DNA from: an uncultured Candidatus Saccharibacteria bacterium
GTDB taxonomy: Bacteria > Patescibacteriota > Minisyncoccia > Phycocordibacterales > UBA918
NCBI GenBank assembly: GCA_964350985.1
Contig: CAYGLK010000002.1
Span: forward strand, 382 to 64,381
Direction of reading: 5' to 3'
DNA length: 64,000 nucleotides
Shown here in pieces: positions 10,319-20,190 of this stretch. Position numbers and translations under genes: made by a program. Position 1 is the stretch's first letter, and each line of letters begins with the position of its first letter. Under the pieces are notes generated by a model that worked only from the letters and a program-made list of their open reading frames with translations, had not been told where the DNA came from and did not search any database.

Positions 10319-10335
10319 ATGCAAATCATTTGCAT
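10319..10335. promoter_or_regulatory. Putative Zur/Fur-family operator: perfect 8-1-8 palindrome ATGCAAATcATTTGCAT, plus two further half-sites (ATTAGCAT about 10336-10343; ATGCAAAT about 10356-10363)
   Basis: Palindrome sits exactly between divergent ZIP transporter and Fur-family genes. Confidence 0.5.
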
Positions 10336-10385
10336 ATTAGCATAGATATGTTAATATGCAAATATCAGAGTTAATATATCTTTTT

Positions 10386-10757
10386 ATGCGTCTTACAAAA
10401 CATCGTCAAACTATTCTCGATTATTTAGACCGTAACGCTCAGGCACTATCAGCGGCAGAGATTCATGCTGCCCTACCCCTGATTAACCTGGTTACAATCT
10501 ATCGCAGCCTTGAATTTTTTGTTGAGAAAGGAATGATCACTAAACTACACCTTGGTAAACAAGAAGCCATCTATGAAAAACAACACGAGCCACATCACCA
10601 TGCTGTTTGTAATGAATGTGAAAAAGTAATTCACTTTACTCTTGATGACGAAAATTTAAAAAAAGAATTCTCCCTTCCGGGATTTAATATTGAGGATGTT
10701 GAGATAACAATCCGAGGTAACTGTAAAAGTACGCACCAAAAAACTAAAGTAGGATAA
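10386..10757 (+). CDS. Fur-family transcriptional regulator (likely Zur)
   Basis: MRLTKHRQTILDYL... winged-helix N-term, HHHAVCNEC...C metal-binding C-term; the first 10 codons of the track ORF overlap the operator, so start moved to Met 10386. Confidence 0.8.
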   Translation: MRLTKHRQTILDYLDRNAQALSAAEIHAALPLINLVTIYRSLEFFVEKGMITKLHLGKQEAIYEKQHEPHHHAVCNECEKVIHFTLDDENLKKEFSLPGFNIEDVEITIRGNCKSTHQKTKVG

Positions 10758-11997
10758 GCGAACTTAAACCAAGTAGAAGTATGAGGCCAAAAACATCAGT
10801 AGCGGTTGTAATAAAGATAGTCGAAGTTGATGCTGGGTCTTTACCGATATGCTTTAAGAAAAGCGGTACAAAAGCACCAAAAAATCCAGCGACCACGTGA
10901 ACCCCAACCATACTTAGTCCAACTGCCAATCCGAGTAAAGCACTATCATTCCAGACAATAGATATCAGGGCCACAATCAACCCAATAACTGTTCCATTTA
11001 AAATACCTGTTTTGACCTCAAGCCAAACTGCTGGCAAACCATTTGAAAACGATATAGTTCCAAGAGTAATACCACGCAACATTACCGCAAAAACCTGACT
11101 AGCTGCATTTCCACCCATTCCGGCAACAATAGGAATATACATTGCCAATATCACCAACTGATCGAGGGTGTCTTGAAAAAGAAAAATCATTGATCCAGCG
11201 ATAAAGGCGGTTGCTAAGTTAAGGATCAACCAGCGATAACGACTAGTGAACTTTTTTAAGACTGGGTCAAAGGGACGAGAAGTGTCGTCCATACCACTGA
11301 TTTCATATAGTGACTCAGCTGGTAACTTCCCAAACAGGGCTCTGGCATCGTCAGCATAAATAAGACCTAGAACACTGTGGTCATGATCTAGAACAACTAC
11401 TTTTTTTCTTTGTGAGAGAGTGATTATTTCTATTACCTGTGATACCTCTGCTTGGTAAGTAACTGTTTGTACTGGCTGAACAAATCTTTTTAAAGTAGCA
11501 CTGTTGCGCTCACGAACCAGTCTAGACATTGGTACGTCACCAACCAAAGTCCCTTTATCATGAACCAAAACCTCAGGAAATTTGCCAGTATCATCAAAGT
11601 GCTCTTCAATTGCACTAGCAGCTTCACCAATAGTAGACTTCACCGGTAAAAGTACGTAATTAAAACTAATCAGAGCCAAAGTAGCTTTAGGATGAAAACG
11701 TAGAAAATATTCGATTTTTTCTCGGACGTCACTTTTAAGTTTTTTAATGATCTTAAGTCGGTACTGTTCGTCTTTGATACGATATAAAACATTCTCGGCC
11801 AACCGAGGGTCCATATGATCCAACATATCAACAATCTCGTGCATCTTCAGATTACTCAAAAGATCTTCTTGAACATAAGGAGATAGACTCTGCATCACTG
11901 AACTCTGTTCCCCTAAAGATAAGTTTCGTAAGCGACCCAGTCTTTCTTTGGGACGACTTGAAATGAATTTTATTTCAGAGTCTAGATTTTTTTCCAT
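10744..11997 (-). CDS. mgtE: Magnesium transporter MgtE
   Basis: MgtE N-domain, tandem CBS region and C-terminal 5-TM divalent cation transporter domain; start moved to Met 11997 (track start lies within upstream terminator). Confidence 0.85.
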   Translation of the reverse strand: MEKNLDSEIKFISSRPKERLGRLRNLSLGEQSSVMQSLSPYVQEDLLSNLKMHEIVDMLDHMDPRLAENVLYRIKDEQYRLKIIKKLKSDVREKIEYFLRFHPKATLALISFNYVLLPVKSTIGEAASAIEEHFDDTGKFPEVLVHDKGTLVGDVPMSRLVRERNSATLKRFVQPVQTVTYQAEVSQVIEIITLSQRKKVVVLDHDHSVLGLIYADDARALFGKLPAESLYEISGMDDTSRPFDPVLKKFTSRYRWLILNLATAFIAGSMIFLFQDTLDQLVILAMYIPIVAGMGGNAASQVFAVMLRGITLGTISFSNGLPAVWLEVKTGILNGTVIGLIVALISIVWNDSALLGLAVGLSMVGVHVVAGFFGAFVPLFLKHIGKDPASTSTIFITTATDVFGLILLLGLSSLILL

Positions 11998-12030
11998 CAA
12001 GTTATTATAGCAGCTTAAATTTTGATACAG

Positions 12031-12061
12031 AAAAAGAGGTGTGAAGACACACCTCTTTTTC
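12031..12061. terminator. Intrinsic terminator hairpin (agaggtgtg-aaga-cacacctct + TTTTT)
   Basis: Perfect 9-bp stem plus T-run downstream of 12081..12992 gene. Confidence 0.6.
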
Positions 12062-12080
12062 TGTATCAAATAAAATTAAC

Positions 12081-12992
12081 TTAGAGTAAAATCTCAACTT
12101 CTGCTTCCTCTCGCAAAGTACCAATATATTCAGTGATGATTTCTTGTTCTTTTGTAAGTGTGATTTGTTGTTCAATCTGAGCACTTACTTCTTCAAGTGG
12201 TGGGAGGCCAGCTTCAGAACCACCCACTTGTTCGTAGAGGGCTGCAATTTCTTCTTCAGTTACATTAATGTTGTCAGATGGAATTTTTACTTCAAATAAT
12301 CCTTGAATCAAAAATTCATTTTCAATATCTCGTCTAAGACTCTCTTCGGTAACGTTAAATTCTGCCATCCGAGCTGCTAGAGCATCAGCTCCACCTAAAC
12401 CTTCGCTGATTTCGTTAAACCGAGTATCTATTTGCTCTTGTGAAACTTCTATTCCTTCATCAATCGCTGCTTGTCTAAGCAATTCTGCGTTAACCAAAGT
12501 TTCAATTGCTTGAGCTTCAATTTGCTCAACTACTAACGGGTCACTTACGTCAGCTCCTTGTGTTGCTTGGATATCCAAAAGTTGACTGACACTACTGTCA
12601 AAGTCTTTCTTTAAGATTGGAGAATCGTTTACTGTTGCGACTGGTTTACTTGACTCCATATTATTAATAATCCCTGAGAATAAACCTGTAGAGATTCTTC
12701 CATCTTTTTCCAAGACAAAGATCAAGCCTGCTCCGATAATAAGGATTGCTAATACAACACCAAGATAAGCCTTGATGTTAAAGTTTGCTGGACTAGTCAC
12801 TACTGACTCAGCTCCTGCATTCATTGAAGAATCCGGAGCTACATAAGGAGCTACTGGTTCTGGGTTTTGCTGATCCACTACAGGAGCTGCTGGAGTCGCT
12901 TCTGACTCAGGAGTTACCACTGGTGTCTCATGTACTGGTGTGGCTGTATCAGGATTATTCCCTACCACCGGGTCTTGTTCTCTTTCGTTCAT
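12081..12992 (-). CDS. Membrane-anchored SurA-N-domain-like chaperone (no PPIase domain evident), Pro/Thr-rich N-terminus
   Basis: Single TM, then helical region with pattern resembling SurA/PpiD N-terminal chaperone domains. Confidence 0.4.
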   Translation of the reverse strand: MNEREQDPVVGNNPDTATPVHETPVVTPESEATPAAPVVDQQNPEPVAPYVAPDSSMNAGAESVVTSPANFNIKAYLGVVLAILIIGAGLIFVLEKDGRISTGLFSGIINNMESSKPVATVNDSPILKKDFDSSVSQLLDIQATQGADVSDPLVVEQIEAQAIETLVNAELLRQAAIDEGIEVSQEQIDTRFNEISEGLGGADALAARMAEFNVTEESLRRDIENEFLIQGLFEVKIPSDNINVTEEEIAALYEQVGGSEAGLPPLEEVSAQIEQQITLTKEQEIITEYIGTLREEAEVEILL

Positions 12993-13071
12993 AAAGTAAA
13001 ATTACAAAAAATTAACAACGTGAATCACCTCCTAATAAGGGAACGTTTACAATATAATACCATACTTAGTT

Positions 13072-13845
13072 TTAAGAAGAAGCCAAAGCCTGAGGATGCT
13101 TAGCGCTCCAAGAAGCCAAAACGACAGCCGTGGCCGCTGCGGCATTTAGTGATTCACAGCGAGGGTGAATCGGAATAGAAATCAAATCATCGCAAAGTTC
13201 TTTGGTCTTTTCGCGAAGACCAGCTCCTTCGTTACCAAGAATAAAGACTGATGGTTTTGGAAAATCTTCTTTTGCAGTAGAAACAGTACCATCACCTTCA
13301 AGACCATAAACCCAACAGCCGCGCTTTTGTAGATCGCGAGCGACGCTATTAACGTTACTGATAGCCACCAAAGGAATTCGGAAAGCCATACCAGCAGAAA
13401 CTTTAACCACAGTACCAGTGACCGGAGCTTGATTGTGAGGTGGAATCAATACACCAGCTAAACCAAAAGCGGCTGCGCTACGGATTACCGCGCCAACATT
13501 ATGAGGGTCTTGTACCTCACCCAATATCAAGAAGGCTGTGTCGTCGGTGATTTTAAGATTGTTAATGAAATCTTTATAATCAACCATTAATTTTTCAGGT
13601 AAAATACCCGCCACAATCCCCTGATGAGCTGCATTAGCTGAAACACCTCGTGGTGGGTTTTTGAGGTTTAGCGGCTTAGCGATAATGCCAGAGTCTTCGA
13701 TAATCTTCAGGATTTTAGCATCAGAAAAATTCAGATCTAAAAAGATCTGCTTCACAACGTCAGGACGCTCTCTAAGGGCTTCCACAACAGCGTGTTTACC
13801 AAACATGTATTCATACTCTGGTTTCATATGGCGCCATAGTATCAT
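13072..13845 (-). CDS. SpoU/TrmH-family RNA 2'-O-methyltransferase (RlmB-like)
   Basis: SPOUT motifs: LGNEGAGL, IPIHPRCESLNAAAATAVVL. Confidence 0.8.
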   Translation of the reverse strand: MILWRHMKPEYEYMFGKHAVVEALRERPDVVKQIFLDLNFSDAKILKIIEDSGIIAKPLNLKNPPRGVSANAAHQGIVAGILPEKLMVDYKDFINNLKITDDTAFLILGEVQDPHNVGAVIRSAAAFGLAGVLIPPHNQAPVTGTVVKVSAGMAFRIPLVAISNVNSVARDLQKRGCWVYGLEGDGTVSTAKEDFPKPSVFILGNEGAGLREKTKELCDDLISIPIHPRCESLNAAAATAVVLASWSAKHPQALASS

Positions 13846-13884
13846 GTTTTGTGTAGATGGCTACAGCCATGCTAGGATTGCTGC

Positions 13885-15132
13885 ATGAAAGACAAGTGGG
13901 ACGTTATAGTCATTGGCGGTGGTCCAGCAGGCATGATGAGTGCGGCTATTGCGGCTGGTCGAGGATTTAAAGTCCTTTTGCTGGAGAAAAACCCCACTAC
14001 AGGTAAAAAGCTTCGTATCACAGGAGGGGGTCGCTGTAATATCACCAACGCTACTTTTAATAATCGTACTCTCTTAGCTCGCTATAAGGATGCTGAGCAG
14101 TTTTTATTTTCTGCTTTTGCACAGCACTCTGTCCAAGATTCTTTGAACTATTTCACTAAACTTGGTTTGGAGACAAAAACTGAAGCTGAAAACCGCATCT
14201 TCCCCACTTCGGAAAAGGCCGAGGATGTTGCGCTAGCTTTAGAGGCTAGTCTTAAGCAAAACAAAGTTGTAGTGAGAACTGACACTAAAGTAACTGGGCT
14301 TAATCATAAAAACGGAAGACTAACATCCGTCACAACTACAGATGGTGAACTAAGTGCTACTTCATTTATTTTAGCTACTGGTGGCACATCAAGACCTGAA
14401 ACAGGATCTACTGGAGATGGATATAAGTGGCTCCAAAAAATAGGTCATCAAATAATCACCCCCTTACCCTCTCTAGTACCAATCGTTGCAAAAGACACCT
14501 GGCTTACAAAAATATCTGGACTGACTTTACCTGAGTGCATTATCTCCGTTTACCAAGATGGATTACTGGTACAAAAAAATACCGGGAAAGTTTTATTCAC
14601 TCACCAGGGATTAAGCGGACCAGGAATCTTAAATCTAAGCTCGGTTATTGGTGAAGGATTAAAACACGGCCAAGTGCAGCTAAAGTTAAATCTTAATCCT
14701 AAATACACGGATGAATCTCTAAATGAAAAGCTAAAAGAATTATGTATCAATGATTCCAACAAGAAGATCAAAAACCTGATCCGGGAGATTATTCCTTCAG
14801 GCCTCGTTTCACCTGTATTAGCACAAGCTGATATTAATGAGGAGAGAAAAGGAAATACAATAACTCGAGCAGAAAGACACATTCTAACAAATAGTATCAG
14901 GGGGCTAAAAGTGAATGTCAGACACTTACTTGGAGTAGAAAAAGCGATTATTGCGAGCGGTGGAGTGGACCTGTCTGAGATTGATTTTAAAACCATGTCG
15001 TCAAAACTTTTTCCAAATTTGTTTATTGTTGGAGACCTTTTAAATATTGACCGCCCTTCCGGAGGTTATAGCCTGCAGCTTTGCTGGACCACTGGCTTTG
15101 TCGCTGGAAATAATTGTATAGCTAAAAAATAA
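13885..15132 (+). CDS. HI0933/BaiN-family FAD-dependent flavoprotein
   Basis: WDVIVIGGGPAGMMSA dinucleotide-binding motif, GGGRCNITN motif, 415 aa. Confidence 0.85.
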   Translation: MKDKWDVIVIGGGPAGMMSAAIAAGRGFKVLLLEKNPTTGKKLRITGGGRCNITNATFNNRTLLARYKDAEQFLFSAFAQHSVQDSLNYFTKLGLETKTEAENRIFPTSEKAEDVALALEASLKQNKVVVRTDTKVTGLNHKNGRLTSVTTTDGELSATSFILATGGTSRPETGSTGDGYKWLQKIGHQIITPLPSLVPIVAKDTWLTKISGLTLPECIISVYQDGLLVQKNTGKVLFTHQGLSGPGILNLSSVIGEGLKHGQVQLKLNLNPKYTDESLNEKLKELCINDSNKKIKNLIREIIPSGLVSPVLAQADINEERKGNTITRAERHILTNSIRGLKVNVRHLLGVEKAIIASGGVDLSEIDFKTMSSKLFPNLFIVGDLLNIDRPSGGYSLQLCWTTGFVAGNNCIAKK

Positions 15133-15135
15133 ATA

Positions 15136-15375
15136 TTATTTTTTAGCTGCTCTAGCCGCCAATCTTTTCTTCCATAAATAAAAATTTTCCACCTTGGCTC
15201 TAGCCCAAGGAGTTTTACGTAGAAAGACTAAGCTAGAACTAACAGATGGTTTAGTAGTGAAACATTTTATTGGGATTTGCTTGCCCAACTCTTCAAACCC
15301 AAACTCCTCTACCAAAGACTCCAAAATCGCTTTGAGAGTAAAGCCATGAAGTGGATTTTTAGGTTGTGTATCCAT
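15136..15375 (-). CDS. DUF2132/VF530-family small protein
   Basis: 79 aa; motif KCF...PS.SSSL.FLRKTPWAR.KVE.LY recalled from VF530 family. Confidence 0.45.
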   Translation of the reverse strand: MDTQPKNPLHGFTLKAILESLVEEFGFEELGKQIPIKCFTTKPSVSSSLVFLRKTPWARAKVENFYLWKKRLAARAAKK

Positions 15376-15427
15376 AGAGTGATTGTACTACAAATAAAAA
15401 TAATTATTTTTTTCAAATAATTTAATA

Positions 15428-15449
15428 GCCCCCGCTTATTGCGGGGGGC
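15428..15449. terminator. GC-rich hairpin (gcccccgc-ttatt-gcgggggc) terminator
   Basis: Perfect 8-bp GC stem at the left edge of a GC-rich insert. Confidence 0.55.
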
Positions 15450-15460
15450 CTTCTACGGAA

Positions 15461-15655
15461 CTAGCTGTTTCGTTGACGCCCGGCAAAGGACTTCAGCATG
15501 AGCCACTCATTCTTTGTCAAAGTGACCTGACCTCCGTGATCGTCACTGATCACGACTTTTTCTGGATTTTTGAAGTCCAGAGTTGGACAGCGCATACCAC
15601 TCCGACAGAGTGTCAGGACTCCGTCAACAACTTTAAGTCTTTTATCCTTAGCCAT
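15461..15655 (-). CDS. Small protein, DUF397-like (weak)
   Basis: 64 aa; C....C then VVISDDHGGQVTLTKNEWLMLKSF resembles DUF397 core; in a GC-rich (about 50%) segment. Confidence 0.3.
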   Translation of the reverse strand: MAKDKRLKVVDGVLTLCRSGMRCPTLDFKNPEKVVISDDHGGQVTLTKNEWLMLKSFAGRQRNS

Positions 15656-15785
15656 GATCTATCCTCGTAAGGGACCTAGAGCAAATTCAGAGCCGATGTC
15701 CGATGACACGGCCGTCTCTGATCCAAAAGAGACTATAAGTTAACTTTCTTGAACTGTCAAATTATTCTTAAGTCAGGTCCAAAAG

Positions 15786-15826
15786 CAGAAAGGGCCTGAA
15801 GAAAGCGCCGCTTTCTTCAGGCCCTT
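15786..15826. terminator. Intrinsic terminator hairpin (gggcctgaagaaagcg/cgctttcttcaggccc)
   Basis: 16-bp perfect stem; T-run on minus strand side. Confidence 0.6.
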
Positions 15827-15833
15827 GGTAAAC

Positions 15834-16073
15834 TCATTGACGCATCCGAACCAGCTTCCCCTTACTGTTGTACAAAAAATAGATTGGGTCAGAGGAATCC
15901 GGATTGCGATGTCTGTTGTGCAACTGAACGATCAAAGTAGCGATTGCCTTAGACTTGTAGTCTCTAGGGTCACCGTAACCATCAGCTTCAGGATCAAGTT
16001 TAACGACCCTATACATTTTCTTTGGCGCACGGAACAGACTTCTCAGCCTGCTTGCTTTGCTTTTCGGGTTCAT
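15834..16073 (-). CDS. Hypothetical basic small protein in GC-rich insert
   Basis: 79 aa ORF with its own terminator; no recognisable motif. Confidence 0.3.
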   Translation of the reverse strand: MNPKSKASRLRSLFRAPKKMYRVVKLDPEADGYGDPRDYKSKAIATLIVQLHNRHRNPDSSDPIYFLYNSKGKLVRMRQ

Positions 16074-16139
16074 CTTTTACCCCAACGAGACCAACCGAAA
16101 ATATAGCACAGCTGATATTTTTTGCTACTAGGCGATTAA

Positions 16140-16637
16140 CTAAATAGAAGCTAAGTCAGCTGAATTGAATAAAACGCCAAATTGCTTACACCAGACCAGT
16201 GCATAACGATACTTTGTTAAGTCAGTCCCTTCTGGGATCTGGTAATTAATATTTCCTTCAGTTCCCTTTAGATCACCCAAATTAATAAATTCAGTAGCTT
16301 CAAGATCTGTCGCTAGATAAACAAACAGGTCCGGACCATTGATAGTCTTAAAATCTTCGTAGCGCAAATAGTTTTCTCCATTTGCTTCTACTATTCTAGC
16401 TGTGCCAGAAGCTGGATGCCCACTAGTACCAACAACTCCAGTCGCCTTCTTCTCAGAAACGTTCCCCTCTTCAGATGTTTCGTCATGTGAAACTTGCTCT
16501 ACTTCTTCATTATTAACCTCCGTCGGCAAGGCGTCATCAACTACAACATTAATAAACAGCGGTGAAACGGCGTAGTAGATTATGTAGCCAATAATAAGAA
16601 CTCCAACAATCAAAATTATTTTCTTTAGCATATACAC
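16140..16637 (-). CDS. DM13-domain protein (membrane-anchored)
   Basis: N-terminal TM; HPASGTARIVEANGENYLRYEDFKTINGPDLFVYL matches the DM13 domain signature. Confidence 0.6.
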   Translation of the reverse strand: MYMLKKIILIVGVLIIGYIIYYAVSPLFINVVVDDALPTEVNNEEVEQVSHDETSEEGNVSEKKATGVVGTSGHPASGTARIVEANGENYLRYEDFKTINGPDLFVYLATDLEATEFINLGDLKGTEGNINYQIPEGTDLTKYRYALVWCKQFGVLFNSADLASI

Positions 16638-16656
16638 ATATTAATTCTATTAACTC

Positions 16657-17145
16657 CTACTTCAAATAGCTATCAAACCAAATAGCATGGCAGGTGTAGC
16701 CACCGATATTTCTCTCTAAATAGTCTTGGTGCTCACTCTCGGCTGGGTAAAATTTTTGCAGTGGCTCAAGCGTGGTTACTACTGGATCAGGCCATCTCTC
16801 AGAATCATTTACGATATCAATAAACTCTTCTCCTAATTTCTTCTCTTCTTCGTTTGCGTAAAAAATAGCTGATCTGTAAGACGTTCCTTTATCGTTACCT
16901 TGTTGATTTAATGTTGTCGGATTATGAATCTGAAAGAAAAAATCAAGTAGTTTTTTATATGACGTCACTTCGGGATCATACTCAATTTCTACAGCCTCAG
17001 CATGACCTTCATGACTACGATAAGTCGGGTCTTCGTTCTTACCTCCAGTATAACCAACCTCAGTATCAATCACTCCAGGTTGTTTACGCATCAAGTCCTC
17101 CAAACCCCAAAAACATCCCCCTGCTAGTACAATTTTTTTATTCAT
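16657..17145 (-). CDS. msrA: Peptide methionine sulfoxide reductase A
   Basis: GGCFWGLE active-site motif, 162 aa. Confidence 0.9.
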   Translation of the reverse strand: MNKKIVLAGGCFWGLEDLMRKQPGVIDTEVGYTGGKNEDPTYRSHEGHAEAVEIEYDPEVTSYKKLLDFFFQIHNPTTLNQQGNDKGTSYRSAIFYANEEEKKLGEEFIDIVNDSERWPDPVVTTLEPLQKFYPAESEHQDYLERNIGGYTCHAIWFDSYLK

Positions 17146-17536
17146 GTGTAGTTTCGTTAAAATCTGAAAAACAAACAGAGTTCATACAGTAGCGCTTACC
17201 AGTCTCTGTTGGACCATCATCAAACAAGTGACCTAAGTGTGACTCACACACCGCACAAACAGTCTCAACTCGGCGCATACCATGAGACAAATCTACTATA
17301 TCTTTTACCGCTCCTGGCAACGCTTGGTCAAAGCTCGGCCAACCGGTTCCTGATTCAAATTTTGCATCAGCAGCAAAAAGTTCATTGCCGCAAGCAGCAC
17401 ACTTATAAAAACCATCCTTGTCAGGCTTAATTAACTTTCCAGAGAATGGTGCTTCAGTACCCTTCTCTCTCAGTACTCGATATTGCTCAGGAGTTAACTT
17501 AGTTTTGAAGTCATTTTGTGAAATATTTTTATCCAT
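17138..17536 (-). CDS. msrB: Peptide methionine sulfoxide reductase B
   Basis: CxxC...CxxC zinc motifs and [22 protein letters not shown] (SelR domain); overlaps msrA by 8 nt (operon). Confidence 0.9.
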   Translation of the reverse strand: MDKNISQNDFKTKLTPEQYRVLREKGTEAPFSGKLIKPDKDGFYKCAACGNELFAADAKFESGTGWPSFDQALPGAVKDIVDLSHGMRRVETVCAVCESHLGHLFDDGPTETGKRYCMNSVCFSDFNETTHE

Positions 17537-17649
17537 AAATAGATTTCGGTCTTAGACTGATAAAGCTTTTCTGTACTAATTCTATTATATATAAAAGAAC
17601 CCTCCATGTAAAGCAGACTTTACATGGAGGGTTTCCTTCTGTAGCTTGT

Positions 17650-18012
17650 TTAAAGATTTCGGTCACTCCAAATACGAGTTGATATTTTGGTAAGTACCAT
17701 CAGGATAAGAGTGATAACTAGCCAAGGATCAATAACATGATAGAAGCCTTGAACAGTTATCCCTAAGATCAAGCAGCTGGCTCCGACCAAAAAGGCGTTA
17801 CGTCCAGCCAAACTTCGATGTTGCTCATCTCTTTCATCTTCATTTTTTTCTCTCAAAATAAAGCTAGCAAAAATTCCAAACAAAACTAAAATCAGTGCCA
17901 AAACACTAGCGACCATCATATCTGGCATCCAAAAATCAAAAGGATTTAATAAGAAAATAGCTGTGGCGACAAGTAGGAATGAAACGACTGTTTCTTTAAG
18001 ATTATTTTTCAT
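17650..18012 (-). CDS. Small membrane protein co-transcribed with an XRE regulator (DUF2178-like)
   Basis: 120 aa, 4 TM; 11-nt overlap with upstream HTH gene. Confidence 0.45.
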   Translation of the reverse strand: MKNNLKETVVSFLLVATAIFLLNPFDFWMPDMMVASVLALILVLFGIFASFILREKNEDERDEQHRSLAGRNAFLVGASCLILGITVQGFYHVIDPWLVITLILMVLTKISTRIWSDRNL

Positions 18013-18214
18013 AAGTTATTTTAAATATTTTTTCAACTGGCTGCTTAAAAAAAGAAGCAATTTTCAAGGCCAACAAAATTGACGGTGTATAGTTACCTTT
18101 TTCTAACGCTATAATTGTCTGTCTACTAACTCCCACCTTATTAGCTAGTTCTTCCTGAGTAACATTGCTCTCTTGGCGGTATTTACAGACATGGTTGTGA
18201 ATTTTCTCTTGCAT
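18002..18214 (-). CDS. XRE-family helix-turn-helix transcriptional regulator
   Basis: VTQEELANKVGVSRQTIIALEKGNYTPSILLALKIASFF = canonical Cro/CI HTH. Confidence 0.8.
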   Translation of the reverse strand: MQEKIHNHVCKYRQESNVTQEELANKVGVSRQTIIALEKGNYTPSILLALKIASFFKQPVEKIFKITYEK

Positions 18215-18275
18215 GACTTGATTTATTATAATATAGCAGACAAAACTTTAATGTAAAGTTATCTTTACTTTACTT

Positions 18276-20084
18276 TTAGATCGCCTTTTGCTTCACCCAG
18301 GCACTGTACTTCTCTGCCATCTTCTCGAAGCTAGAGCTGTTGTTAGCAATCACCTCCTTTCCGTGAACCATTTTTATATCAGCTTTTAGATCTATGGGCT
18401 TATTACTTGATTTTACTTGCTCCATTCTCTTTAATCTTAACTTAGCTCTTTTAATCACCTGCTCTGGAGTCATCATCATTTCTCTAATCAAGGCTTTGCT
18501 AGACAACTTCTGTCCTGTCGCTAACTTGACCGAGTCTTTAAAAGAATACTTAGCTCCCCACTTCCAAGTTACCTTCATCTCTTTACCTACCTTAGGATTA
18601 TCGACAATGAATTCATATTTTTTATAAAAGTAGTCTCGCCACTGAGTTAAAGCGATCTTAGCCAGTGCATATCCATGATAAGAACAAGAACTATCCCAAC
18701 TATAAATATGCGGAGTATTTAATGCCATTAAAGAATCTACTTCCATGTCAAAAAATCGACGGTGATTTCTCTTAGCGATTTGTAGAATCTTTTTTGCTGT
18801 TGGCTCTTTCTCTTCATAAACTTCGCGCTCAAAAGTTGAAACAAAGATTAGGCCTAGAATGTAGGTAGGTCTAAGTAGATTTAATTTTTTCTCTTTCTTT
18901 TCAAATAGCTCAAAAGGATAAGCTTCGCCTGAATCATTCTTGGCATAATGCTGTTTCCACTCAATACTATCGAACATCGTATCAATAAACATGCTGTGTG
19001 TTTCAGCCCAACAAGCAGTCATTGGTGCGTACTCATGGTTTAGACAGACTTCCTTTTGTTCAGTGTTTAGTAAGTGCGCTGCATGCCCACCTTCATGAAA
19101 GAGAGTGTTATAGCCAACAATGCCAGAGCCAACTTGCCCGGCCACCACATTACAAGTAAAGTTTGCCGCTCCAGGCACACGCTTTCCATTTTCAAAATGA
19201 ACCAACTCTGGCCAATGACAGAAACCATTATTGTATTTTTCTTTCCGTTCTAACAAATCAAGTTTTAGTTTACCGTTTTGAAAATCGATCCCTAAAGCTG
19301 AAAAAGAACGTCCCCAGCGAGGCAACGCTTGGTCAAATTGAAAATAGGGATCTTCTTCTTTAGTGAAATCACCCGACATGAAGTAACCAAAGTTCCAAGG
19401 TTTACGCAAACCAGGTTGAGTTTTTTCTAGTTCTCGTACTTTTCCAAAATAACCACTCGTCTCTTTGGTGATGTCCTCAAATAAAGAGAAGAGCTCGTTT
19501 TTAGTCATCTTATCGACTACTTGTAAATTGTAGTCATAAAAATCTTCGTACCCGAGCATTTTTGCAAATGCATTTCTCAGTTTCACCAACTCAACATAGT
19601 CATCTAGACAGTCATGGGCCAAGGCTTCTCTGGCGACATAACATGCCTTACGAACCTTCTCGTCAGAATGCGTCTGCATTAAAGTGCGCATCTTTAATAT
19701 CGAAGCCGGGACAAACTTTTTTGTTTTTGGTTCAATATAACCTTCTGTCCTACTAGCTCTAGTCTTGCCAATTTTTGTCTCTAAGGCTGATATTTCTTTC
19801 TTTATTTTAATAGCCTCTTTTGGCATTTGATATTGTTGAAAGAACTCAATCCATATTTGCAATCTTTCTTTCTCTTTCTCTTTTGCAGTCTTTTGTATCT
19901 CTTTTGTAGCTTGCAGTATATCTGTGTCGCTTCTAAAATCATCAAGTTTACTTAGTGCTTTATTCATTTTTAAAGAGGCGCTATCGTCTCCCATATAAAA
20001 AGTCCAAAAATTAGACTCGTAGTCCTTATGAAGTTTTAAATATTTTTTGTTTAACTGATCTAGAAATTGTAGTGATGAAGACAT
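18276..20084 (-). CDS. M3-family zinc metallopeptidase (oligoendopeptidase F-like)
   Basis: FHEGGHAAH (HExGHxxH) zinc-binding motif, about 600 aa all-helical protein. Confidence 0.65.
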   Translation of the reverse strand: MSSSLQFLDQLNKKYLKLHKDYESNFWTFYMGDDSASLKMNKALSKLDDFRSDTDILQATKEIQKTAKEKEKERLQIWIEFFQQYQMPKEAIKIKKEISALETKIGKTRASRTEGYIEPKTKKFVPASILKMRTLMQTHSDEKVRKACYVAREALAHDCLDDYVELVKLRNAFAKMLGYEDFYDYNLQVVDKMTKNELFSLFEDITKETSGYFGKVRELEKTQPGLRKPWNFGYFMSGDFTKEEDPYFQFDQALPRWGRSFSALGIDFQNGKLKLDLLERKEKYNNGFCHWPELVHFENGKRVPGAANFTCNVVAGQVGSGIVGYNTLFHEGGHAAHLLNTEQKEVCLNHEYAPMTACWAETHSMFIDTMFDSIEWKQHYAKNDSGEAYPFELFEKKEKKLNLLRPTYILGLIFVSTFEREVYEEKEPTAKKILQIAKRNHRRFFDMEVDSLMALNTPHIYSWDSSCSYHGYALAKIALTQWRDYFYKKYEFIVDNPKVGKEMKVTWKWGAKYSFKDSVKLATGQKLSSKALIREMMMTPEQVIKRAKLRLKRMEQVKSSNKPIDLKADIKMVHGKEVIANNSSSFEKMAEKYSAWVKQKAI

Positions 20085-20190
20085 ATATAAAGGTTATTTT
20101 CCCTATTATAGCAAAAAAATAAAATTACTGTTTTCAACACATTTTAGCTCATGGGGTATAATAAAAGCCACTAATAATTTTTACATCAAT

